This document shows, piece after piece, positions 1 through 10,904 of a stretch of 64,000 nucleotides of DNA. The translations under genes and the position numbers were made by a program. The notes below the pieces were generated by a model that was given only the letters and a program-made list of their open reading frames with translations, was not told the DNA's origin and ran no database searches. Origin of the DNA: Eledone cirrhosa (taxonomy: Eukaryota); NCBI GenBank assembly GCA_964016885.1, contig OZ024758.1, forward strand, positions 26,102,001 through 26,166,000, read 5' to 3'. The stretch's first letter is position 1. Each line of letters begins with the position of its first letter.

Positions 1-274
1 TAAGTTCCTCGATAATGTTTGCATCAGTTGCCATAGACTCTCCCCTCCTCACTCCCGATATCACTTGTTGTATGAACAGCACTACCGACATAAAGGTCAG
101 TGCCTTAATTACTGAGAAGAGGAATTAATCTGTCAAGAAAAATAGAGAGACACAAATAATATTAGAGAAAGGAATTGTCGTTGGGGGTCGTGGTTGGGGG
201 CTGGGGTGGGGTGGGTGATATAAATAACAGACCAGAAGTAAGTGATATGCTCAAAAATAGATTAGCTCGCTCTC

Positions 275-344
<70 letters not shown>

Positions 345-348
<4 letters not shown>

Positions 349-787
349 ATATTTAGAAACACACAGATACATGCGGACACACACATATATACATGAATGC
401 ATCCGCACCCAACTGTGAGTTAAGGGTGCCAACTTCACCGATGTTGCTCAATGAATGACTGGGACAGACCAATTCAGTTGAACTAGACTGAACCAGTATC
501 AGAGTTAAAAATACATTATGAAGAGAGAAGAAACATTTAGATATAATTAGTAATAAAATGTATCATACCTAAACTGCTCCTAAATTCCTCGACTACGTAG
601 TTTCGTGGCATAAACAAAAACAATATATCATAAAGATATAGAGTCCTTGCGAGGTCTGCCGACTTATCAAGAGGATACCTCATTTTACTAGTCTCAAGAA
701 CGCGTCTACACGACGTGAGAAAGAATCAAGTTTAGGTATGATACATTTTATTACTAATTATATCTAAATGTTTCTTCTCTCTTCATA

Positions 788-792
<5 letters not shown>
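345..792 (-). mobile_element. Non-coding Penelope-like/retrozyme-like insert (family A) with hammerhead motif and inverted terminal segment, within (TA)n
   Basis: 345-728 is the reverse complement of ~2880-3262; 731-792 is an inverted copy of ~511-573; (TA)n on both flanks. Confidence 0.7.
586..675 (-). ncRNA. Type I hammerhead ribozyme motif with U3-A8 variant core
   Basis: Minus strand: tcctc-TTGATAA-gtcggca..tgccac-GAAA-ctacgtag-TC-gagga; stem I tcctc/gagga, bulged stem II, palindromic stem III, GUC site. Confidence 0.65.
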
Positions 793-840
<48 letters not shown>

Positions 841-842
<2 letters not shown>

Positions 843-1409
843 AACGAGTAAGACCCCGACGGCTGAGCTCAAGCTGTTTCGACGGCTAATTCTGGGCTAA
901 ATGAAAATTTTTATCCTGGTATATGAATAGCCGAGCTTCTCGGGGGGTAATTTCATATATGGTAAAAGTGATTGTCACAAGGATTGGTCAAAAGTTTGTT
1001 GTTGAGACACATAATTCTATCATGGCAATTTGTGGAAGGAAGGGGTAGCTGAACCTGCCAGTAGGAGAAAGAGAGAGAGGGGGTGGAGGAAACCCAGTTG
1101 TGCGTTGATAGTGCCAACTGCAGCAGAGCAGGAGGTCAAGGAAGTAAATTAGGGAGGGGGAGGGGGAAGAAGTCGAAACAATAAGTAAAACAATATGGGG
1201 TAAATATATAGAAAAATACCGAGAATGTTAAAAAAACAATTAAATATAAAAAAAACAATTTCTGGTTACTATTCCCTAAGGACAGCCATCAAGTCTCTCA
1301 CTGGTACTGCTAGACTATAGAAAAAGCCGTCGGGGTCCTACTCGTTCCTATTACCCACTCTACTACCCTAAGTATTGAATACTTTGGTGCGTTATGGTCC
1401 ACCTGGTTC
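841..1409 (-). mobile_element. Non-coding Penelope-like insert (family B) with degenerate hammerhead and inverted ends, within (TA)n
   Basis: 841-864 ggaacgagtaagaccccgacggct is inverted at ~1325-1348; related sequence at 5135-5250 and 49371-49592; hammerhead-like fold at 853-948. Confidence 0.6.
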
Positions 1410-1427
1410 CTTACCACATTTCTTTCG

Positions 1428-1512
<85 letters not shown>

Positions 1513-1514
<2 letters not shown>

Positions 1515-1949
1515 GATATCGACGGTAAGTTGTGGTGTCTATTCTGCATGAAGAACTCAATGTAATCCATATGTTGAAAGTGTTGTAGGTTAAGATAAAT
1601 CCCGGAAAACAATAAAACATTAAAAGGAAAACAGAGTCATGATATAAGTTAAAACAATGAAATAAAAAATCAAGTCATTAGAGATATACTTCACTGCTTT
1701 ACGATCGTTTCTAGATGATGATAATACATTGTAGCTATACTTCGTTATTGATCTATGTAAGGTTAGTTACAAAATATCAGATAAAGAGAATATTTACTTA
1801 CATGCATATCACCAGCTGTTTTCAAAAGCTTACATAGATCAATAACGAAGTACAGCTACAATGTATTATCATATTATCATCATCTAGAAACGATCGTAAA
1901 GCAGTGAAGTATAACTCTAATGACTTGATTTTTTATTTCATTGTTTTAA

Positions 1950-1954
<5 letters not shown>
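1513..1954. mobile_element. Fold-back insert in (TA)n with hammerhead 3' half (probable Penelope-like pLTR remnant)
   Basis: Inverted arms 1644-1761 and 1829-1954; GAAA-cgatcg-TA at 1887-1898. Confidence 0.5.
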
Positions 1955-2042
<88 letters not shown>

Positions 2043-2765
2043 TCGGCCGGAGAATTATATTCCCATTTGCCCTTTATAACATAACTTTCTGCATTTACTG
2101 CGGTTATGAGAAGCGGTTCTTATTCGGGTACAACTTCTGATTTAGCCTAAGAAAATATCTATATGCGTGTGTAATTTATACAAGCATATATTTATTTTTT
2201 TATTTTCAGTTGAGTTCTTAAACACATCGGATTGATAATGTTTTCAAAAAAACTAATTAACCCGCGTGTATATTATTTTTTTCCTCATTTCGTGGGTTGT
2301 CTCCCCTTCCCGCTTCCTGTCGCTATGATACTTCCTCAGTCAAAAACTGCTGGAATTTCAAATTTGGCGGTCATTCGAGGTGAGAGAGAGCTACTGTACG
2401 GACATGATTTTTGACAGCGGTAAAAAATTTGTTTTCTTATATCAATGTTTAATGGGCTTCCACTGACGATTTATAAGTGCCCACCTAAATATATTCTTAC
2501 ATGAATATATATGAGGCTTCTACATAAACTGGAAACATTCTCCCAAACTTGTAGAAAACTTATAATGAAACAATTGTTTGGAAAGAGAGATATACTTTAA
2601 CTTTAATTATATCTCATAAAATAATACAACTGGTTTTTCCACATTATACATATTGTTAGCACCCCAAACACTTAAATTGGGTTTATATTTTAATATAACC
2701 TAATGTTTGTCGAGTGAGATGGTTACCAGTCAGAGTTTAGCTTTAAACTATCTCTGTTATTGTAT

Positions 2766-2803
<38 letters not shown>

Positions 2804-2806
<3 letters not shown>

Positions 2807-3690
2807 TTCGGGGTTATAAGAGGCTTAGCTCTGTTTCTCGACCGTTATATCGCGTGACTATCTCCCCCTCCGCCTTTTGGGATTCTTTCTCACGTCGTGT
2901 AGACGCGTTCTTGAGACTAGTAAAATGAGGTATCCTCTTGATAGGTCGGCAGACCTCGCAAGGACTCTATATCTTTATGATGTATTGTTTTTGTTTATGC
3001 CACGAAACTACGTAGTCGAGGAATCTAGGAGCAGTTTAGGTATGATACATTTTATTACTAATTATATCTAAATGTTTCTTCTCTCTTCATAATGTATTTT
3101 TAACTCTGATACTGGTTCAGTCTAGTTCAACCGGATTGGTCTGTCCCAGTCATTCATTGAGCAACATCGGTGAAGTTGGCACCCTTAACTCACGGTTGGG
3201 TGCGGATGCATTCATGTATATGTGTGTGTCCGCATGTATCTGTGTGTTTCTAAATATATTGTTAATAACTCCCTCTGGTCGAGCAATCTTTGAAGTGTGG
3301 GGACTGCTGGAAAGCTTCCATTACTCATACTTCTCGCCTCCTTCACCACCTCTTCTACGGCTTCGATATAAATACCCCCTCCGCCTCCGTGGTATTTTCT
3401 TCGGGGTTATAAGAGGCTTAGCTCTGTTTCTCGACCGTTATATCGCGTGACCATCTCCCCCTCCGCCTTTTGGGATTCTTTCTCACGTCGTGTAGACGCG
3501 TTCTTGAGACTAGTAAAATGAGGTATCCTCTTGATAGGTCGGCAGACCTCGCAAGGACTCTATATCTTTATGATGTATTGTTTTTGTTTATGCCACGAAA
3601 CTACGTAGTCGAGGAATCTAGGAGCAGTTTAGGTATGATACATTTTATTACTAATTATATCTAAATGTTTCTTCTCTCTTCATAATGTAT
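2804..3690 (+). mobile_element. Family A element as a partial tandem (593-bp period) with two hammerhead motifs
   Basis: 2804-3097 is repeated at ~3397-3690 (ORF track gives identical peptides at 2877 and 3470); hammerhead motifs at 2933-3022 and 3526-3615; (TA)n on both sides. Confidence 0.75.
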
Positions 3691-3711
3691 ATATATATAT
3701 ATGTATATATT

Positions 3712-4035
3712 GAAGATCCCCTTCGGTCACGAATGACCATGGGGTTTGCACCTAGAAAATTCCCCTCCGAGGCACAAGTCCTGGCAAGGTTGTTTGTGGA
3801 AGACCAGCAGCCGCCCATGCATACCAGACTTCCCTCTCCACGCCATCGATGTTGTCCAAGGGAAAGGCAATGTCTGATACAGCTTGACACCAGTGACGTC
3901 ACAACTAATTTCTACAGCTGAGTAAACTGGACGAACGTGAAATAAAGTGTCTTGCTTAAGGACACAACGCATCACCCAGTCCTAGAATCGAACTCACAAC
4001 CAGTTCAATGCTCTAACCACTAAGCCATGCGCCTT

Positions 4036-4037
<2 letters not shown>
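3712..4037 (-). mobile_element. tRNA-derived SINE with CORE-like body (family S2, tail type 1)
   Basis: Minus strand: A box tggcttagtgg, B box gagttcgattc, gtgtccttaagcaagacactt; homologous to 38335-38665 and 44303-44645. Confidence 0.8.
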
Positions 4038-4097
<60 letters not shown>

Positions 4098-4098
<1 letters not shown>

Positions 4099-4835
4099 TA
4101 GAAGAATCGCCCGGCGTTGCTCGGGCTTCTAAACATAGATTGGCATGTTTATCCCTCTTTTCTGAAACAGTACAGAGAAGTACGGAATACTTCGGCCTGG
4201 TGATGGTGTCTACATTTTGTGCTTATAAAAAAAATTCGTCGTAGATTGCCAGGAGTTTAACTTAATTGGGTGCCTGAGAGTAAAATGTTCAACGCACGAA
4301 AGCCAAGACGATAGGATTAAGTAAAAAGGCATTCGACAAACCGAACATGTATTTGTTGTGCTATGGTACAATTAAAGTTAGAGAGCAGTAAGCATGTGGG
4401 ACTGCAGTGGTGGAGAACATGAAGGAATTTAGTTGGATACTTTTAAGGTTACAAAAATCTACCCAATCTGATATAGACCGAACTGTTATATCGGAGTTAC
4501 TATTGGGGTCACCATCAACAATTTCAAGGGATGTACGTTTAAGTAGGGATAATATAGTCTATAAAGAGAAGTAAATCTTTCAAAATACTAAAGAGTTGTC
4601 TCTCTTGAACATTGTAGACAAAATTGGCGAACTGAACTGACAAAAATGGCTTAAAGTTTTAGTGGAAAAAAAACCACCTTTAACAACAGAAAATTGAAAA
4701 ATAAAAGCTGCAAGGAATATCTTTAGACCGCAAGGAATATATAAATACAAGTTTGAAGTCAATCGGAGTAGAAATGTGGATTCATATAGACGTTGCCAAA
4801 ATTAGGACACACACACAGACAATTTCAGTTTTATA

Positions 4836-4840
<5 letters not shown>
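4098..4840 (-). mobile_element. Non-autonomous Helitron (Lep1-like)
   Basis: Minus-strand 3' end: GC hairpin gcccgagcaacgccgggc (4109-4126) followed by CTAG|T at 4098-4101; 5' region tatatataaaactgaaattgtctgtgtgtgt. Confidence 0.7.
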
Positions 4841-4908
<68 letters not shown>

Positions 4909-4910
<2 letters not shown>

Positions 4911-5115
4911 GTAGAACACTGGAGGGTTATAACCGAGGTAGTAGAGCACTCAGTCCAAGGGACGAGTTTGGTAGAAGTAGTTCCACAACAGTTAGTTCAC
5001 CATACCGAGAACAAATGTTTCACATTATTCGGATCCTCAGCTGGGTCCGAGGATCCGAATAAGGTGAAACATTTGTTCTCGATATGGTGAACTAACTGTT
5101 GTGGAACTACTTCTA
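4909..5115. mobile_element. Fold-back insert in (TA)n (Penelope-like pLTR remnant)
   Basis: 67-bp inverted arms 4972-5038 and 5049-5115 with a 10-nt spacer; (TA)n flanks. Confidence 0.55.
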
Positions 5116-5134
5116 TATATATATATATATATAT

Positions 5135-5250
5135 AACAAAGACGGTGTGGTAAAATACCAGAGTACTCAATACTTAGGGTAGTAGAGGTAATAGAAAATG
5201 AGTCAGGACCGACGGCTGAGCTCCGGGCGTTTCGACAACTAGATCCGAAC
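5135..5250 (-). mobile_element. Family B Penelope-like fragment
   Basis: ccagagtactcaatacttagggtagtagag...gacggctgagctc matches 49371-49500 and the reverse complement of 1326-1400. Confidence 0.55.
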
Positions 5251-5292
5251 TATATATAGAGAGAGAGAGAAAGAGGGGGCGATTTTGTCTTA

Positions 5293-5440
5293 CACAATTC
5301 ACCTAAATACAATTTGTCTAAAACAATTTAACTAAAACACAATTTAACTAAAATACAATTTAACTAAAACAAAATTCATGTAAATACAATTCATTTAAAT
5401 ACAATTTGTCTAAACACAATCCAGACAATTCACCTAATGC
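5293..5440. repeat. Degenerate ~17-18-bp tandem repeat (acaatttaactaaa), possibly the subterminal region of a DNA transposon
   Basis: About 8 imperfect units visible. Confidence 0.6.
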
Positions 5441-5918
5441 CACAACTACCAGCCTTGTTAAATAACTGGAAATTCTTCAGATAATAGTCATTGAAGACAC
5501 CTTTTATTCGAAATGGTAGAGATAGCCGTCTAAATATTGAATTCACCATTACAAGGATTTACTACAATCAACATGGATGGTCACAACATCAATAACATTA
5601 GTGAAGAATTGAAGAAAAACTTCAACGAGAAAAGTAAACAAAATCTTTTTAGTTGTAGTTACAGAAGGAACCCAAACTATAAATCTGGCGCCAGATTCGG
5701 TGCCAGTTATGAGGCCTTTTACCTTTGAAAAAGTCATCGTAAAAAATATTTTTGGATTTTTGGCAGGAAGATGGCCCCCTGCCTCACCCCGGGCCAATGG
5801 GGACCTGTGCTTAAGCTCACCGAAGCGCAATGGTTAATCCGACACTGATTTATAATAAATTACATTTTTCTTAGAGATACGAACACAATAATGACCTATT
5901 TGAGAGCAGGGGAACATC

Positions 5919-6120
5919 CAGTATCGGTAGAGAGTCGGACACCATGCTTTGCAGCATAGAGTTACGGTCATTTAACGTCTTACTTCAAATCCTGCCGAGT
6001 TTAACTTTGCCTTTCATCCTTACAGGGTGGATAAAATAAAGCACCATTAACGCTCTGGGTTCGATTTGATCGACTTTCCCCTCCCCGCCAAATTACTGGT
6101 CTTGTGCCTATACTAGAAAT
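5919..6120 (+). mobile_element. tRNA-derived SINE family S1 (Meta-domain-like body)
   Basis: cagtatcggtagag...ttcaaatcc...gcctttcatcctt...gataaaataaag, a motif shared by many copies in the window. Confidence 0.75.
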
Positions 6121-6498
6121 ATTTATTTTAATTCAAACCATAGGATGAACGTATTCTGAATACGTAAAAGAAAATTCAACGAAATAATCCACACTGACAG
6201 ACAGCCAAACATTTTTAAATTAACATAGCAGCCACTTCAGCATTTGCTATGTTTTAGTTCTAATGTAATTCTAGAATATACATTAAATTCCTGCTTGACT
6301 GGAGCCATTATCGCCCTGATAACATCATGAGAGTTGAGAAGGAACTCCTCAAAATATACTCCGTGCACGATACCCAAATTGCACACCCATGGAAATTGCA
6401 CACCAATACCACAATGAATCTATGGATGAAAAGCTGCATGATTAGATTATCAGCAAAAAATTATGCATTCATTGCTATTATTTCTATGTTACTACACA

Positions 6499-6745
6499 AG
6501 GGCGGTGGATTGGCAGTATCGGTGGAGGGTTGGACGCCATGCTAGGGCGGTGGATTGGCAGTATCGGTGGAGGGTTGGACGCCATGCTTTCCAACATAGT
6601 TACGTCCCTTTCCCTTTACGATCTGAGTTCAAATCCCGCCGAGGTTCACTTTGCCTTTCATCCTTACGGGGGTCGATAAAATAAAGTACCAGTAATGCAC
6701 TGGGTAATTGCTGGCCTTGTGCCTAAAGTAGAAACAATTATTTCT
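6499..6745 (+). mobile_element. SINE S1 with a duplicated 43-bp head
   Basis: gggcggtggattggcagtatcggtggagggttggacgccatgct occurs twice, then B box gagttcaaatccc. Confidence 0.85.
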
Positions 6746-6894
6746 ATGTTACTAGAAAGTTTCAATGTAGGAGTAATCGCCTTCTCTATTCTGTCCACCG
6801 GGATTGCAGGGCAGCCAGCACATGGGCTCCTATAATAGTAAGAGATGGGAAGAGCGAGAGAGACTGAGGCAGTAAGTGAGAGAGGGAGAACATC

Positions 6895-6930
<36 letters not shown>

Positions 6931-6934
6931 TGAT

Positions 6935-7200
6935 AATTCAATTCAATTCAATTCAATTCAAGATATTTGATGCTTCAGATGCCATGTAAGGAGGGGGGGT
7001 GGGGGCAATATTTACACAGTCGGAAACACAGTGGTCCAACACCGGTCCAATTTCGCCTTGAATTGTTGCGTGGTTGACGCGTTGACTACTTCTTCTGGAA
7101 GCCGATTCCAGGGTCCAGAGATGTGGATCGAGAAAGCAGCTTTCCGTCTATTTAGGCGAAAGCGGCGGTGAAACAGCTTTTTGTCATGTCCACGTAGACC
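6935..7200 (-). mobile_element. CR1-clade LINE 3' fragment with (TTGAA)n tail
   Basis: Minus translation GHDKKLFHRRFRLNRRKAAFS...PWNRLPEEVVNAS...FKAKLD is typical of the CR1 ORF2 C-terminus. Confidence 0.7.
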
Positions 7201-7344
7201 CCTTTCAAGTGCCGGAGTGAATAGGAGATCTTGAGGGAGATCGTAATGGCCATTGAAAAGATTGTAAGCCAGACAACGATAGATGTTATTTTAAGGTGGA
7301 GATTATGTACATCTGCCGAGAGGTTTCTTGGATATAGATAAACA

Positions 7345-7570
7345 AAGTAGTCTATCTTTGACCAACAACCGCTATATTGGCTTTCACTTGTACCCCTAGC
7401 AGTGGAGACTTCTGGTGTCCTCGGCTCCAGGGCTACCTCCTTACTCACCACCGTAGGCGCTGGGCTAGCCAGCCGCAGGTGTGAGCCCCGCGAGTTGGAG
7501 TGGCTTTTCCAGCGCGTCTCCCTTGCCGTCCTCCGTGGGAACGCCTTCTCCATCCTGTCTGCCGGGGCTG
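7345..7570 (+). mobile_element. CRE-like non-LTR retrotransposon fragment (C-terminus after the restriction-like endonuclease)
   Basis: VPLAVETSGVLG...WLFQRVSLAVLRGNA motif. Confidence 0.65.
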
Positions 7571-7659
7571 TGTGTGTGTGGGAAGGGGCATCGGGTTATA
7601 TTCCATATTTAGGAATCCAGATTAATGGGTTTTATATAGACACCACTTGCATTATTGGC

Positions 7660-7832
7660 TGTATCGGTAGAGAGTCGGACGCCATGCTTTCCAGCTTAGT
7701 TACGTCCCTTTACGATCTGAGTTCAAATCCCGCCGAGGTTGACTTTGCCTTTCATCCTTACGGGGTCGATAAAATAAAGTACCAGTAATGCACTGGGTAA
7801 TTGCTGGCCTTGTGCCTAAAGTAGAAACAATT
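7660..7832 (+). mobile_element. SINE S1
   Basis: Near-identical to 31673-31858. Confidence 0.85.
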
Positions 7833-7974
7833 ATAGTATAGCTAGACATAGTAAAGTATTTTGAATTTAACACTATAGCGTACAGAGGTAGACATTGGCT
7901 ATTTCGACATATGAATATGTTAGATTTACGCATTTCCTTATCAAGTGAAATATTCTCTACGATAGCATGTTAGC

Positions 7975-8375
7975 TCTTATACTTTAAAGGATATGCTTTT
8001 GCACAAAAGAAATAAAGATGCAAGCAACAGATAAGAACTCTGCAGAATAAACAACGAAGATGTCACCCACATCATAAACAGCTGTCTAACGATGTCACTG
8101 TGATACTACCTATGAAGCATGGTGTAGTGGCCAAAACACTATACAATGTAATCCGTAGAAACTACAGACCTGATAATAAACATATAAAAGTTACAGTGGT
8201 ATAGAGGTCACATACAGGATATGAAAGAGTACTGGTGGAATGTTCCAGTCAAAACCCCAATAAAATACAAACATAACAAACCAGGCATAGTGACACGGGA
8301 CAGTGAAAAGAAGGCATGTACAGTACTGTAAATCGGCAGCTCAACAGACATCAATATAATTTACAAAACTAAAAG
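7975..8375 (+). mobile_element. Degraded R4/Hero-like RLE non-LTR fragment
   Basis: Broken frames read EDVTHIINSC...VVAKTLYN...EYWWNVPVKT...HNKPGIV (Zn-finger remnant plus a KPD-like RLE motif). Confidence 0.55.
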
Positions 8376-8415
8376 CCATCATCCCAGGTCAGACATCGTC
8401 ACTATATTAAATATA

Positions 8416-8897
8416 TCATATGATGGACTGTCGCACACATATATACACCAGGTCCAAACACAGAGGAACCAAACTCCCACTGTCATCACCTCCGTCTCTC
8501 CTGCCCTCCCCATCTCTCACTATTATGAGCAAATGGGGTCCCGCGCGTTGGCCGCCTTGTGGCCCCGGCGGACAGAATAGAGAAGGCGTTTCCCTGAAGG
8601 ATGGTGAGGGAGATGCGCTGAAAGAGCTATTGCAGCTGGCGAGGCCCACACCTGCGGCTAGCCAGCACTGTGTCTATGGTGGTGAGTAGGGAGGTGACCC
8701 TAAGGCCAAGGACACCAGAAGTCCCCCAAACCTGCCGGAGAGCGACCGATATTTGAAGAGTTTATGTTCCTCAGCCCAAAGTGCAGCAGGGTCTGGAATA
8801 GTCGCAGACAGCACCAGGTTGACGCTGGAAAATGTGTCGCCGCATGTGACATCCCAGGCGAGGGCTTTACCACCGCAGAACGGGGAAATGGTCATGC
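8416..8897 (-). mobile_element. CRE-like RLE retrotransposon 3' fragment
   Basis: PFCGGKALAWDVTCGDTF...AALWAEEHKLFKYRSL; similar to 7400-7560 in opposite orientation; tail also found at 33315-33510. Confidence 0.65.
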
Positions 8898-9085
8898 CGA
8901 CACCATGCTTTGCAGCATATAGTTACGTCCTTTTACGCTCTGAGATCAAATCTCGCCGATGTTAGCTTTGCCTTTCATCGTTACGGGGGTCGATGAAATA
9001 AAGTACCAGTAATGCACTGAGGTCGATTTAATCGATTTTCACCTCCTGCTAAAATTGTTGGCCTTGTGCCTAAATCAGAAGCAAT
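8897..9085 (+). mobile_element. SINE S1
   Basis: Family S1 body and tail. Confidence 0.75.
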
Positions 9086-9099
9086 TATATATGTGAGAA

Positions 9100-9420
9100 A
9101 AATAATGATTTCTACCTTAGGCACAAGACCAGCAATCAACCAGTGTATTACTGGTACTTTATTTTATCGACCCCATAAGGATGAAAGGCAAAGTGAAAAA
9201 TAATGATTTCTACCTTAGGCACAAGACCAGCAATCAACCAGTGTATTACTGGTACTTTATTTTATCGACCCCATAAGGATGAAAGGCAAAGTGAAAAATA
9301 ATGATTTCTACTTTAGGCACAAGACCAGTAATTTTAGGAGAGGGGAAAGTCGATTAAATCGACCCCAGTAGATTACTGGTGCTTTATTCTATCGACCTCG
9401 TAAGGATGAAAAAGCAAAGC
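9100..9420 (-). mobile_element. Three tandem SINE S1 3' fragments (~97-bp period)
   Basis: gaaaaataatgatttctac...gaaaggcaaagt repeated. Confidence 0.75.
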
Positions 9421-9447
9421 TCTATTATCGTATGACGAGTCTAATTC

Positions 9448-9815
9448 AGTGTACCCCTGGCATTCGCGGTCCCAGTTATTCGCGGAATTTTCCTTAGAAC
9501 CTAATTAATAATTGTTCGTGGAAACCACCACATATTCGCGGAATCGCAAATATCTTCCGCGGTTTTTTATGGCTTTTTTCGTGGCAATATATATTTTTAA
9601 CGCTAAATTATTAATAACAATATACCCTATTTACCGGTCTATTGGACGCCCCTTCGCATAAGACGATCCCTGTCTTTTCATTATAGTTTGCGTTATATTT
9701 TGACGTTTATAAACATTTTTATGGACCACGTCCGTTATTCGCGTTTTTTTTTTTTTTTTTTTTTTTTTCGCGGGTGCTCTAGGAACCTAACCCCGCAAAT
9801 ACCGGCGGAAAACTA
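9448..9815. mobile_element. Tigger/pogo-like MITE
   Basis: Imperfect TIRs cagtgtacccctggcattcgcgg / ccgcaaataccggcggaaaact; internal attcgcg repeats. Confidence 0.5.
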
Positions 9816-10264
9816 TATCGAAATAGAGAAATAGAGTGACAAATCTATTAATTAACATCCGATAAAAATGAAGTCTGTACATTTGCCGTTGGTTATTGTA
9901 AATTCTTTCATTTAAAATAGATGGATTTCGGAAGTATTCCGAGTTTTAGGTCAACCTTATACTCAAGCAGAAGATAGTATTGTTGTGATATAACATGTGC
10001 AAAGTCACTGAAGTGAAATTGATAGTTAGCAAGTATTTAGCGCAAGGCCCTTAAAAACGCAGATTCGGTAGCACATGCTACTCTTGCTACTAGGTAAATC
10101 CGACCTTGAGTGAGTTTTCTTTATATGGGGTTCTTGTTTCCATGACACCTACTCGTTATGCTGCGGGGAGTTAACTGAAGATTCGAAAGATACGGATAGG
10201 AAGTACTTACTCACAATATCTTTTACTTGTGTTACACTAACTCCCACACGTACACACCATGTTG

Positions 10265-10518
10265 TTAGTCTGTTGTTTAACACCAAGTCAACACCAAGTT
10301 AACCCCTAACCGAGGAGCAAACCTTTAATCAAAAGCATTCTAGTCATGACCACCCATTTTGTTTGGTTATTTGGGGGGAGAGGGGTTTCATACATCGTAT
10401 AACCAGAACTACATATATCCAACGTGTTGGTCCTTTTGTTAACAGTAAGGGATAATGTGGAAAACATTTGGCTGTTATTTCTAGCAGATCAAGCGACTAT
10501 ATAGAGATTCTCTCGTAA
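10265..10518. repeat. Old dispersed repeat (unclassified)
   Basis: tttggctgttatttctagcag... similar to 25655-25915 and to the reverse complement of 42905-42985 plus 43520-43640. Confidence 0.5.
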
Positions 10519-10584
10519 TAACACAGCTGGAGAAATTTGAGATTCCGTTTGTATTATTAACCACAATTCAGGGGGGGGGGGGGG

Positions 10585-10790
10585 GCAGTATCGGTAGATG
10601 GTCGGACGCCATGCTTTGCAGCACAGAGTTACGTCCCTTTATGATCTGAGTTCAAATCCCGCCGAGGTTCACTTTGCCTTTCATCCTTACGGGGTCGATA
10701 AAATAAAGTACCAGTCACGCACTGGGGTCGATTTAATCGACTTTCCCCTCCCTCAAAATTGCTGGCCTTGTGCCTATATAAGAAACTATT
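10585..10790 (+). mobile_element. SINE S1
   Basis: A/B boxes and S1 body. Confidence 0.85.
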
Positions 10791-10904
10791 ATTAACCACG
10801 ATTTAACAGGTGAATGTATTTTCCTATTATCCGTTATTATATAAGAGTTAATTGAATCTGTTATTAAGACATCCTTCCAATATAAAGATTATCTTAGAAA
10901 AGTA

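Noticed and set aside
5440-5850. Possible MULE transposase scrap (EDTFIRNGR) and hAT-like end taatccgacactg
   Set aside because: Similarity too short and no partner terminus found
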